Origin: Candidatus Nanopelagicales bacterium
GTDB lineage: Bacteria > Actinomycetota > Actinomycetes > S36-B12 > UBA5976
Assembly (NCBI GenBank): GCA_023257525.1
Contig: JALRCB010000001.1
Location: 1-38,872 of the forward strand
DNA: 38,872 nucleotides
Direction: 5' to 3'
Below, piece after piece: positions 9,035 to 17,313 of the stretch (positions are counted from its first letter, which is position 1; every line of letters starts with the position of its first letter). The position numbers were made by a program, and so were the translations under genes. A model generated the notes under the pieces. The model worked only from the letters and a program-made list of their open reading frames with translations. It had not been told where the DNA came from and did not search any database.

Positions 9035-9499
9035 GTGGCTAATCCTCCAGCAGTACTAATGGTTGAACTAGTTATGTCCATTGACCGGATGATTCAATCT
9101 GCCCAATCCGCACAAGAGAAACAGAGTCACTTAGTTATTCCAGGCGAGTGGCCAGCCCAAGTCGTTCTTGGACATGTTTCCCAGGTAGATGAGCAAGTTT
9201 GGATGCCAAGAATCGCTCAGATGTGTCAGGCCTTGGAAGCTGGGGAGAAACCTCCTAGTTTTACGTGGTGGGAACCAGATGCAACTGCCACATATGACCA
9301 ATTTAGTGAAATGTCGTTGTCCGAAGCCTCGGCGCTTGCGATGTCAGTTCGCACTCAACTGCTTTCTGTTGTCAAAGATCTGACCCCAGAGCAGTGGGCT
9401 GCTACCGCAGAACATGACACATTCGGACATATCGACGTTTCAGGTCTGGTTATTCAGATTTTGACTCATGACGAAGAACATCGCGCCAGTCTGGTCTAA
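9035..9499 (+). CDS. DinB-superfamily protein (putative metal-dependent, possibly thiol-dependent enzyme)
   Basis: 154 aa with a His in the first helix (VLGHV) and a C-terminal THDEEH, the pattern typical of DinB_2-like four-helix bundles. The start is uncertain (GTG 9035, ATG 9059 or ATG 9074). Confidence 0.5.
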   Translation: MANPPAVLMVELVMSIDRMIQSAQSAQEKQSHLVIPGEWPAQVVLGHVSQVDEQVWMPRIAQMCQALEAGEKPPSFTWWEPDATATYDQFSEMSLSEASALAMSVRTQLLSVVKDLTPEQWAATAEHDTFGHIDVSGLVIQILTHDEEHRASLV

Positions 9500-9580
9500 C
9501 TCTAAAGTTCAGCTGCGCCCTCCGAGAACCAATTCGATTTCTTAGGTTTGATTCAACGGTTGTCGGGGTAATCTAAAGCC

Positions 9581-10138
9581 ATGACTGGTATTTATGTAAT
9601 CCTTGGTGTCGTTGCACTGCTCGTTGTTATCGGCATTGTTCAGTACAACAAATTGGTTCGACTAAATGTTGCGGTAGATGAAGGCTTTGCCCAGATTGAG
9701 GTACAGCTCCAACGCCGAGGCGACTTGATCCCTAACTTGGTAGAAACCGTCAAGGGTTATGCCTCACACGAAAAAGAAACTTTTGAGAAAGTGGTTCAAG
9801 CGCGAGCTCAGGCCACTGCAGCTCAAGGCGTGGCCGCAGTTGCCGAAGCAGATGGCATGCTCACCCAAGCGTTGCGAGGACTTCTGGCCGTGGCCGAGGC
9901 CTATCCAGACCTTAAGGCTTCGGCAAACTTCTTGTCGCTACAAGAAGAGCTTTCTGGCACTGAAAACAAGGTTGGTTTTGCTCGCCAGTACTACAACGAC
10001 ACGGTGCGAGCCTTAAATGAATCAATCGTCTCGATACCTGGCAAATTCTTCGCAGGTCCAGCCAAAGTTGTCGAGCGCGAATTCTACGTAGTTGACGATC
10101 CAGGCAAGCGAGCAGTACCAAACGTTTCGTTCAACTAG
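9581..10138 (+). CDS. lemA: LemA family membrane protein
   Basis: 185 aa with an N-terminal TM helix and the LemA signature QYNKLV...QLQRRGDLIPNLVETVKGYASHEKETF. Confidence 0.9.
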   Translation: MTGIYVILGVVALLVVIGIVQYNKLVRLNVAVDEGFAQIEVQLQRRGDLIPNLVETVKGYASHEKETFEKVVQARAQATAAQGVAAVAEADGMLTQALRGLLAVAEAYPDLKASANFLSLQEELSGTENKVGFARQYYNDTVRALNESIVSIPGKFFAGPAKVVEREFYVVDDPGKRAVPNVSFN

Positions 10139-10173
10139 CTAGCGCTTGAAAACTTTGCTTTCTAAGGAATCAC

Positions 10174-11091
10174 TTGTCTAACTTCAGGGCACAACAACAA
10201 AGCAACCGGCGCAAGACATTTCTATTGCTTGGAGTAATGGGAAGTCTGACGGCTTTTGTTATCTATGCCGTTGCTTTGTACTTGGGTTACACCAGCGTTG
10301 GAATCATTCCAATCGCAGTTGGGATTTCCTTAATTAGTGTTTGGGGATCGTTCTACAACTCAGACAAAATCGTTTTAACTATGACTGGTGCAAAAGTTAT
10401 TGATCACGATACTGCGCCACAGTTATTCAACTTGGTGCATGAAATCACGATCGCTTCGGGAATGCCAATGCCAAAGGTAGCAATTGTTGAAGATGATGCG
10501 CCAAATGCATTTGCAACTGGCCGTGATCCAGAGCACGCTGTCATTGCTTTCACAACTGGCATTCTTCGCGTCATGGATCGAGAGCAATTGCAAGGTGTGG
10601 CGGCGCACGAACTAGCCCATGTGGCTAACCGCGATACTTTAGTTTCTGCAGTTGCAGCAACGACCGCAGGAGCGATTGCCCTTATGAGCGACTTCCTGCT
10701 TCGAATTAGTCTCTTCGGTGGTGGACGTAGAGATAGCAATGGGGGAGCAAATCCATTTGTGCTAATTGCAGCATTAGTAGCTGCCATTCTCGCGCCGATA
10801 GCCGCGGTACTTCTGAAGGCGGCTATTTCTCGCAAGCGCGAGTCACTAGCCGACGCAACTGCGGTCGCGTTTACTCGTAATCCGACTGGGTTGCGTCGAG
10901 CCCTAGAAACTTTGGCTGCGGACAGCACTGTGGTGCACCAGAAATCTAATGCAGTTGCTCATCTCTGGATCGAGTCACCTTTGGATAGCAAGATGACTTC
11001 AAAGCTATTTGCCACTCATCCTGCTATTGAAGAGCGAATTGCTAACCTGCGCGCCCTTGAGCAAACTGGTCCACTCAACGAATCCGCTTAA
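10174..11091 (+). CDS. htpX: M48-family zinc metalloprotease HtpX
   Basis: 305 aa with a TTG start, multiple TM helices, an HELAHVANRD (HExxH) motif and a C-terminal ATHPAIEERI. Confidence 0.9.
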   Translation: MSNFRAQQQSNRRKTFLLLGVMGSLTAFVIYAVALYLGYTSVGIIPIAVGISLISVWGSFYNSDKIVLTMTGAKVIDHDTAPQLFNLVHEITIASGMPMPKVAIVEDDAPNAFATGRDPEHAVIAFTTGILRVMDREQLQGVAAHELAHVANRDTLVSAVAATTAGAIALMSDFLLRISLFGGGRRDSNGGANPFVLIAALVAAILAPIAAVLLKAAISRKRESLADATAVAFTRNPTGLRRALETLAADSTVVHQKSNAVAHLWIESPLDSKMTSKLFATHPAIEERIANLRALEQTGPLNESA

Positions 11092-11154
11092 GTTTCAAAT
11101 TCGCCTGAAATTCTCGAGAACTCGTGTCAATCTTGTCTAAATTCACTTGGAGGA

Positions 11155-11544
11155 TTGATGAGTCATACCGGTATTGCTAGTCCTTACTCATGGGATAGCC
11201 CTTTTCATTACTCGCAGGCAACCGTTCACAACGGCGTGGTTTATGTCTCTGGACAGGCGGCTCTAGGTTCTGACGGTTCAATTGTCGGTGAAAACGATTT
11301 TGAGGCACAGGCTCATCAGGTCTTCGCAAATCTAAAGACTGTTTTGGCAGCCGCGGGAAGCGATCTGTCCAAGGTTTTTAAGGTGAACATCTACATGACT
11401 GACATGACTCAATTTCCGACGATCATCGAATGTCGCGAAAAGTATTTTTCTAAGCCTTACCCAGCTGATACAACCGTGGAAGTTACTGCGCTTGCTATCC
11501 CTGGCTTGCTACTTGAGATAGATGTAATTGCAGCGTTGGCTTAA
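11155..11544 (+). CDS. RidA/YjgF-family reactive-intermediate deaminase
   Basis: 129 aa. Size and the blocks VYVSGQAAL...KVNIYMTDM...PADTTVEV...LLEIDVIA are typical of YjgF/RidA. Confidence 0.85.
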   Translation: MMSHTGIASPYSWDSPFHYSQATVHNGVVYVSGQAALGSDGSIVGENDFEAQAHQVFANLKTVLAAAGSDLSKVFKVNIYMTDMTQFPTIIECREKYFSKPYPADTTVEVTALAIPGLLLEIDVIAALA

Positions 11545-11548
11545 GTAG

Positions 11549-12448
11549 CTAGCCAGCAATTTCTTCGTCGGCAGTAATTGGTTTGGTTGCTCCGCTACTA
11601 GTTGCACACTTACTGCAGAGCAACGCTAGCTTTCGGCCCTGTGATTCATGTCGGTTATAGAAGTCTTTAGTTGGGACGCCACAGTCATCACAGGTACTGA
11701 GGACTTTGGTGTGATCTGAAAAATCCATACTCATTCGATTGTCGAAGATGTATAACGATCCTTCCCACAAGCCATCGTCTCCAAATTGTTCGCCGTAACG
11801 CACAATGCCGCCTTGGATTTGATAAACCTCTTCGAAGCCACGGCTCTTCATAACTGCCGAAAGAACTTCGCAGCGAATCCCACCAGTGCAGTAGGTGACT
11901 ATGGGCTTGCTCTTTAGATGGTCGTACTTGCCACTATCAAATTCAGCTACAAAATCGCGGGTTGTTTCGACATCTGGAACTATGGCATTTCGAAATTTAC
12001 CGACTCTTGCTTCGTAGGCATTTCGGCCATCAAAGAAGACGACATCGTCGCCGCGAGATTCAACTAAGTCATGAACTTCGGTGGGCGAGAGGTGAACGCC
12101 CCCACCAATAATTCCGCCTTCATCAACTTTCAGTTCGTTAGGAGCTCCAAAAGAGACCACTTCATCGCGCACCCGAACGGTTAGCTTTGGAAAGTCGTGC
12201 CCAGTGCCTTCCGACCACTTAAAGTCGATCTTGTTGAAACCTGGATAGGCCTTAGTTTTTCGGATGTATCGTTTGAGATCGTCAATGTCGCCGCCCAATG
12301 TGCCGTTAATGCCATGTTCGGAGATTATGATTCGACCTGTAAGGCCAAGGAGCTCACATAAGTCGTACTGCCAAAGTCGGAGCGCAACAGGATCAGCAAC
12401 CGGCGCAAAACCGTAATAGAGGATGACCTTGGGAATTGCCATAGCCAC
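11549..12448 (-). CDS. trhO: rhodanese-domain tRNA U34 hydroxylase (UPF0176/YceA family)
   Basis: 299 aa with the rhodanese active-site loop YCTGGIRCE and a C-terminal Cys cluster, CDDCG...CSKC. Confidence 0.85.
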   Translation of the reverse strand: MAMAIPKVILYYGFAPVADPVALRLWQYDLCELLGLTGRIIISEHGINGTLGGDIDDLKRYIRKTKAYPGFNKIDFKWSEGTGHDFPKLTVRVRDEVVSFGAPNELKVDEGGIIGGGVHLSPTEVHDLVESRGDDVVFFDGRNAYEARVGKFRNAIVPDVETTRDFVAEFDSGKYDHLKSKPIVTYCTGGIRCEVLSAVMKSRGFEEVYQIQGGIVRYGEQFGDDGLWEGSLYIFDNRMSMDFSDHTKVLSTCDDCGVPTKDFYNRHESQGRKLALLCSKCATSSGATKPITADEEIAG

Positions 12449-12483
12449 CTCACGTGAAAAAACTGTGCCGAATCGCAGTCTTG

Positions 12484-12567
12484 TGTCCGAGGGGGGACTT
12501 GAACCCCCATCCCCGTGAAGGGACTAACACCTCAAGCTAGCGCGTCTGCCAATTCCGCCACTCGGAC
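12484..12567 (-). tRNA. tRNA-Leu (anticodon GAG), class II with long variable arm; CCA not encoded
   Basis: Hand fold of the reverse complement, GTCCGAG-TG-GCG-GAATTGGCAGA-CGC-G-CTAGC-TTGAGGT-GTTAG-TCCCTTCACGGGGAT-GGGGG-TTCAAGT-CCCCC-CTCGGAC-A. It has a 7-bp acceptor stem, a T-loop TTCAAGT, and an anticodon loop with GAG. Confidence 0.9.
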
Positions 12568-12595
12568 AAGTGTGCCGGGCTGGCCCAGCCCCGTA

Positions 12596-12625
12596 ATAAT
12601 ACCTGCTTAGTCGGATTTGGCTCAA
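12596..12625 (-). promoter_or_regulatory. candidate sigma-70-type promoter for tRNA-Leu
   Basis: Minus strand reads TTGAGC-N18-TATTAT, about 25 nt upstream of the mature tRNA 5' end. Pattern match only. Confidence 0.3.
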
Positions 12626-12657
12626 ATGACGCAATCGGTGCGGACATAACTAGCGTC

Positions 12658-13995
12658 ATGCGCCAGACTATGGGTATGTCAATTGAGCCACTTGCCGATG
12701 TAGATTCCGAAGTTGTCGAGCTTGTTCGAGACTTAATCAAAATCGATACTTCAAACTATGGCGACGGTAGTGGGCCCGGCGAGGCGCTAGCCGCTGAGTA
12801 TGTCGAAGCAAAACTTAAAGAGGTTGGCATTGAGTGTGAACGTTACGAGACCACAAGTGGTAAACGCCAAGGTGTAAATGCCCGCATCGAAGGTAAAGAT
12901 CAAAGTAAGCCTGCGCTGTTGATTCATGGTCACTTAGATGTGGTCCCAGCCGAGGCAAAGGACTGGACTTATCACCCGTTTGCTGCCGAAGTTCACGATG
13001 GCATGATTTGGGGTCGCGGGGCCGTTGACATGAAGGACGGTGACGGCATGATCTTGGCGCTGGCTCGATCCTGGGCGCGCAATGGTGTGCAACCTGATCG
13101 AACCATCGTTTTTGACTGGCTACCAGATGAAGAAGCAGGCAGTGAGCATGGTTCAGGTTGGTTAGTTGAGAATCGTCCAGAACTATACCGAGGAGTCACC
13201 CAAGCTGTCGGTGAAGTTGGCGGGTTCTCGTTGACACTTCGCGACGATGTTCGTCTGTATTTAGTGCAGACAGCTGAAAAAGGAATTCGCTGGATGAAAC
13301 TTAAAGCTGAAGGTACAGCTGGTCACGGCTCATTCATTAACAATGACAATGCAGTGACCAAATTGGCTGAAGCAGTTGCTGCAGTTGGAAATCATAAGTT
13401 TGATCTTGCGCTCACTCCAACAGTTCGAGATTTCATCAAGGCAGTTTCAGATGCCCTTGGTATGGAATTAAGCGCAGATGATCCAGAAGAGTTGCTGGCT
13501 CAACTAGGGCCAATCGCTCGCATCATCGGAGCCACACTTTCAAATACTGCGAACCCAACCATGCTTAACGCTGGCTACAAGCACAACGTCATCCCAGGTG
13601 CTGCGGAGGCAATGATCGATGGCAGGTTCTTGCCGGGCTATGAAGATGAACTCATCAAGGACATCGAGAATCTCTTGCCTCCGGGCGTTGTGCTGGAAGA
13701 TGTAGTTAATGGAATTGCACTTGAAGCGCCATTTGAGGGACCGCTAATTGATGCAATGGGTGCTGCGATTCGCGCCGAAGATCCGTTCGGTACTCCAGTT
13801 CCGTACACGGTCAGTGGCGGTACAGATGCCAAAGCCTTCAGCACGCTAGGGATAACTTGCTACGGATTCCTGCCGTTACTGCTTCCCCCAGAATTGGATT
13901 TCAGCGCGATGTTCCATGGTGTCGATGAAAGAGTTCCAACTTCTGGTTTAGAGTTTGGTGCTCGCGTAATGGATCGATTCGTACGTAGTCTCTAG
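12658..13995 (+). CDS. M20/M25/M40-family metallopeptidase (Rv2141c-like)
   Basis: 445 aa with HGHLDVVP and WLPDEEAGSEHG metal-ligand blocks and AGHGS. The start could also be ATG 12670 or 12676. Confidence 0.85.
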   Translation: MRQTMGMSIEPLADVDSEVVELVRDLIKIDTSNYGDGSGPGEALAAEYVEAKLKEVGIECERYETTSGKRQGVNARIEGKDQSKPALLIHGHLDVVPAEAKDWTYHPFAAEVHDGMIWGRGAVDMKDGDGMILALARSWARNGVQPDRTIVFDWLPDEEAGSEHGSGWLVENRPELYRGVTQAVGEVGGFSLTLRDDVRLYLVQTAEKGIRWMKLKAEGTAGHGSFINNDNAVTKLAEAVAAVGNHKFDLALTPTVRDFIKAVSDALGMELSADDPEELLAQLGPIARIIGATLSNTANPTMLNAGYKHNVIPGAAEAMIDGRFLPGYEDELIKDIENLLPPGVVLEDVVNGIALEAPFEGPLIDAMGAAIRAEDPFGTPVPYTVSGGTDAKAFSTLGITCYGFLPLLLPPELDFSAMFHGVDERVPTSGLEFGARVMDRFVRSL

Positions 13996-14001
13996 CTTTG
14001 G

Positions 14002-14190
14002 CTAGGCGGTTCGTTGCAAGTGATAAATCTTGCGGCGGAGCCGAACATAGCGACTGCCATCTTGGTAAACGCGAACTCGTTCTAGTTCCCAGCGCTCCAC
14101 TTCGGCCATTGCAGTTAGGTAGGACTTGACCTCAGAACGCTTTGTGCCGCGATGAAAGTTGATTTCGCGAAACTCCCAGACTGCGCTCAT
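14002..14190 (-). CDS. DUF5703-family small protein
   Basis: EFREINFHRGTKRSEVKSYLTAMAEVERWELERVRVYQDGSRYVRLRRKIY matches my memory of the actinobacterial DUF5703 family. I prefer the ATG at 14190, which gives an ATGA overlap with the upstream AKR stop, over the GTG at 14199 in the ORF track. Confidence 0.65.
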   Translation of the reverse strand: MSAVWEFREINFHRGTKRSEVKSYLTAMAEVERWELERVRVYQDGSRYVRLRRKIYHLQRTA

Positions 14191-15137
14191 TGATTCCACC
14201 CGAAATCTGGATATCCACGCTCTATTGCGGAAACTTCGTCAAGTGCTTCGTGGATCTCTGGAGGTAATTGGGCATTGACTGAGTTCAGGACAACCCGGAG
14301 TTGGGCTGCAGTTCTAGCACCAATTACTGCACTAGAAACCTGCCTACGAGCGCTGGTCCACGCTAATGCCACATCAATTGGAGTAAGACCCAAACCTTCA
14401 GCTGCGGTACAAACTGCGTCGACTATTGCGCGAGACCGATCATTTAAGTAGGGCGTAATAAAAGCTGAGAAGTGTGAAGTGGCAGCTCGCGAGTCGGCTG
14501 GTGTGCCGTGACGATACTTACCGGTCAAGACACCGCGACCTAGGGGAGACCAAGCCATGATTCCCACGCCGAGATCTTCGGCAGCAGGTATCACTTCGCG
14601 CTCAATGCCGCGCTGCAAAAGTGAGTACTCCATTTGCGCACTGATAATCGGATACTTAGAGCCAAGTGCAGCGCTAGTAAGTTGCCAGCCTGAGTAATTT
14701 GAAATGCCTAGGTAGCGGACTTTGCCTGAATCAATTGCATGCTCGGCGGCACTTAATGTTTCTTCGATCGGTGTGTATGGATCCCAAGCGTGGATGTGCC
14801 AAACATCAATGTGAGTGCGTCGCAACCTCCGTAGCGAGGCATCCAAGGCAGTTAGTAAGTGACTACGACTCGCATCACGGCGTCGATTGGTGCGAACGCT
14901 TCCGGCTTTACTTGAAATCAAAACGTCTGGTTGCTCGCGGCAAAATTCTCCGACGATCTCCTCCGAAACGCCATCGCTATACACGTCAGCGGTGTCGATG
15001 AAACGACCGCCAGCTTCGTGATACAAATTGAACTGGTCGCGGGCCTCGTGGATATCGGTATCACGACCCCAGGTCATAGTTCCAAGGGAATACTGCGACA
15101 CCAGAAGGCCGCTGTTCCCCAAAGACCTTAGTTCCAT
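14187..15137 (-). CDS. aldo/keto reductase
   Basis: 316 aa with an AKR N-terminus LGNSGLLVSQYSLGTMTWG, DTADVY, and an ISNYSGWQ block. Confidence 0.9.
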   Translation of the reverse strand: MELRSLGNSGLLVSQYSLGTMTWGRDTDIHEARDQFNLYHEAGGRFIDTADVYSDGVSEEIVGEFCREQPDVLISSKAGSVRTNRRRDASRSHLLTALDASLRRLRRTHIDVWHIHAWDPYTPIEETLSAAEHAIDSGKVRYLGISNYSGWQLTSAALGSKYPIISAQMEYSLLQRGIEREVIPAAEDLGVGIMAWSPLGRGVLTGKYRHGTPADSRAATSHFSAFITPYLNDRSRAIVDAVCTAAEGLGLTPIDVALAWTSARRQVSSAVIGARTAAQLRVVLNSVNAQLPPEIHEALDEVSAIERGYPDFGWNQ

Positions 15138-15171
15138 ATGTTCACGCTAGCGTTTGTTCCATAGATTGTTT

Positions 15172-15201
15172 TTAAGGACTCGTGTGTGTCCTTGATTTTT
15201 T
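15172..15201 (+). promoter_or_regulatory. terminator-like hairpin plus U6 tract in the uppP leader
   Basis: TTAAGGAC (15172-15179) pairs with GTCCTTGA (15188-15195): 8 bp including one G-U, with an 8-nt loop. It is followed by TTTTTT (15196-15201) and then GGGAGA and GTG 15212. A possible TGTTCA-N17-TAGATT promoter lies at 15139-15167. Confidence 0.3.
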
Positions 15202-15211
15202 GGGAGATTAC

Positions 15212-16045
15212 GTGGACGAGCAGTTGTCGTGGCTCCAAGCCATAGCCCTAGGCATCTCCCAAGGACTAACTGAGTTTCTGCCGATCTCTTCAACTGCTCA
15301 CACTTTGATTGTTTCTAAACTTCTGGGTTGGCCAGATCCAGGTGCTGCTTTTACAGCAGTGACTCAAGTTGGGACTGAACTAGCTGTTGTTATCTACTTT
15401 CGACAAGACATTGCGCGGATTCTGAAGGCGTGGTTTTCCAGTTTTACTAAGAAGAGTGAGCGTGCTAATCCAGATGCAAAAATGGGTTGGTATGTAATCA
15501 TTGGCACAATTCCAATCGGAATTGCTGGACTTGCATTCAAGTCATCAATTGAGACAACTGCAAGAAATCTCTGGTTGGTTGCCGCGACATTAATCATTAT
15601 GGGCATTCTTCTTGGATTAGCAGATCGCTTTGCCAGGCACACAAAGAGTGAACCGGACATCAACACCAAGAATGCGGTTTTATTTGGACTCGGGCAAGCT
15701 TTAGCTTTGATTCCTGGAGTTTCTCGAAGTGGTGCAACCATAACTGCTGGTCTTGTAATGGGCTTCAAGCGTGATGTGGCTGCGCGCTACTCGTTCCTAC
15801 TTGCGATCCCAGCAGTTTTTGCTTCAGCAGCATTAACCGCTGGAGATATTTCATCGGATAGTTTTGTGAATTGGCCAGCCACAATCGTGGCAACGATAGT
15901 GGCCTTCGTCGTTGGCTATCTCGTGATTGCCAGTTTGATGAAGTATCTGCAGACTCGCACGTTCTTGCCGTTCGTCATCTATCGGATCGCACTAGGCTCG
16001 CTTTTGATGGTTTTGCTCGCTAACGGCGTACTTTCTGCAACCTAG
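15212..16045 (+). CDS. uppP: undecaprenyl-diphosphate phosphatase
   Basis: GLTEFLPISSTAH and PGVSRSG signature motifs and multiple TM helices. I chose the GTG at 15212 (GGGAGA 5 nt upstream; N-terminus then ..SWLQAIALGISQG as in known UppP). The ORF track's longest start is 15182. Confidence 0.9.
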   Translation: MDEQLSWLQAIALGISQGLTEFLPISSTAHTLIVSKLLGWPDPGAAFTAVTQVGTELAVVIYFRQDIARILKAWFSSFTKKSERANPDAKMGWYVIIGTIPIGIAGLAFKSSIETTARNLWLVAATLIIMGILLGLADRFARHTKSEPDINTKNAVLFGLGQALALIPGVSRSGATITAGLVMGFKRDVAARYSFLLAIPAVFASAALTAGDISSDSFVNWPATIVATIVAFVVGYLVIASLMKYLQTRTFLPFVIYRIALGSLLMVLLANGVLSAT

Positions 16046-16075
16046 TAGGACGATTTTTCCCAATAGTGTTGACCC

Positions 16076-16753
16076 ATGGGAACTTTGCTGCTGATCAGAC
16101 ATGGTCGGACCGACGCCAATGCCACGGGCGTTCTGGCTGGACGCACGCCAGGTGTAGTTCTAGACGAAGTTGGCCGCACCACTACTGAGTCATTAGCTAA
16201 GCGATTAGCAGCCGTCAAGATCGCTAAAGTTGTTTCGAGTCCATTGGAAAGAACCCTCGAGACTGCATCGATTCTCTTTGCTAAAGATGTTGAGGTCGCC
16301 CTAGAAGACCGGTTATTGGAATGTGATTACGGCGATTGGCAGGGCGCAAAGTTAAGCGAACTTTCAGTAAATGAGCTGTGGCCAATCGTTCAACAACGGC
16401 CTGATGAAATGATTTTTCCAAATGGCGAATCGATGAATGATATGTCCAGTCGCGCTTGTCTGGCTGCCAGAGAATGGGACGCCAAGCTCAGTAGTGAACA
16501 TGGTGACAATGTAGTTTGGGCAGCAATCAGCCATGGCGACATCATCAAAGCTATTTGCGCTGATGCCATGGGGTTACCACTTCGCAAGTTTCAGTCACTC
16601 CTGATCGAACCTGCATCAGTTAGCGTGATCCATTACTCTGAAACCGGCTCAGCAGTATCTAAATTAAATGACACCGGAAGCGAATGGCTCTCAAAATTGA
16701 ATGCTGAAGCTGTGAAAACACCAACTCTCGGTGGCGAAAGCGGAAAGGATTAA
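16076..16753 (+). CDS. histidine-phosphatase superfamily protein (MSMEG_4193/Rv2135c-like putative phosphomutase)
   Basis: 225 aa with an LIRHGRTDAN (RHG) motif and a second catalytic His in ISHGD. Confidence 0.85.
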   Translation: MGTLLLIRHGRTDANATGVLAGRTPGVVLDEVGRTTTESLAKRLAAVKIAKVVSSPLERTLETASILFAKDVEVALEDRLLECDYGDWQGAKLSELSVNELWPIVQQRPDEMIFPNGESMNDMSSRACLAAREWDAKLSSEHGDNVVWAAISHGDIIKAICADAMGLPLRKFQSLLIEPASVSVIHYSETGSAVSKLNDTGSEWLSKLNAEAVKTPTLGGESGKD

Positions 16754-16755
16754 CG

Positions 16756-17307
16756 ATGGCGCGAATTGTTCACACTTTCGATAACCCGCAACGCTTTGTA
16801 GCCGGAACGGTAGGAGTGCCAGGAGAACGCACATTCTTCCTTCAGGCCAGAACTGATCAACGAATTGTCAGCGTCTCTCTTGAAAAACAACAAGTTGCTT
16901 TGTTGGCAGATCGACTAACTGAACTTTTAGATCAAGTTGCTCGAGCTGAAGGTATAGACGTTACTTATGTCGGCCCAGCTGACTTAGAACCACTAGATAA
17001 TCCGATTCAGGAAGAGTTTCGCGTAGGCACTTTGGCTTTGGGTTGGAATACCGAAAGCCAACAAGTGGTTATCGAGGCACATGCATCCTCGGAAAACTTC
17101 GAAGACGTTCCAGATTTAGAAGAGGACTCAGATTTTGGGCCAGACGTTTTGCGAGTTCGGTTAACAGGTTCGCTAGCTACTGCGTTTTGCACCAGGGCGT
17201 TTGCAGTAGTTTCAGCCGGACGACCACCATGTCCACTGTGTACCGAGCCACTTGACCAACAGGGTCACATTTGTCCAAGAGCTAACGGATACCTAAGGCG
17301 CGGTTAG
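16756..17307 (+). CDS. DUF3090-family protein (Rv2134c-like)
   Basis: 183 aa with FVAGTVGVPGERTFFLQA and a C-terminal GRPPCPLCTEPLDQQGHICPRANGY (CxxC...HxC) as I recall for DUF3090. It starts 2 nt after the phosphatase stop. Confidence 0.8.
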   Translation: MARIVHTFDNPQRFVAGTVGVPGERTFFLQARTDQRIVSVSLEKQQVALLADRLTELLDQVARAEGIDVTYVGPADLEPLDNPIQEEFRVGTLALGWNTESQQVVIEAHASSENFEDVPDLEEDSDFGPDVLRVRLTGSLATAFCTRAFAVVSAGRPPCPLCTEPLDQQGHICPRANGYLRRG

Positions 17308-17313
17308 ATTTAG

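Noticed and set aside
10404-10928. 174-aa ORF antisense to htpX. Similar cases are 31475-32065 (196 aa, antisense to helY), 1773-2096 (antisense to fabG), 15394-15768 (antisense to uppP) and 24324-24668 (antisense to pup/pafA).
   Set aside because: All lie entirely inside well-supported genes on the opposite strand. Their translations are S/T/P/R/A-rich low-complexity strings with no motifs, typical of shadow ORFs.
12449-12657. tRNA-Leu flanks as a possible genomic-island integration site.
   Set aside because: Both flanks are conserved housekeeping genes (trhO and the M20 peptidase). I saw no integrase, no direct repeat of the tRNA 3' end, and no compositional break.
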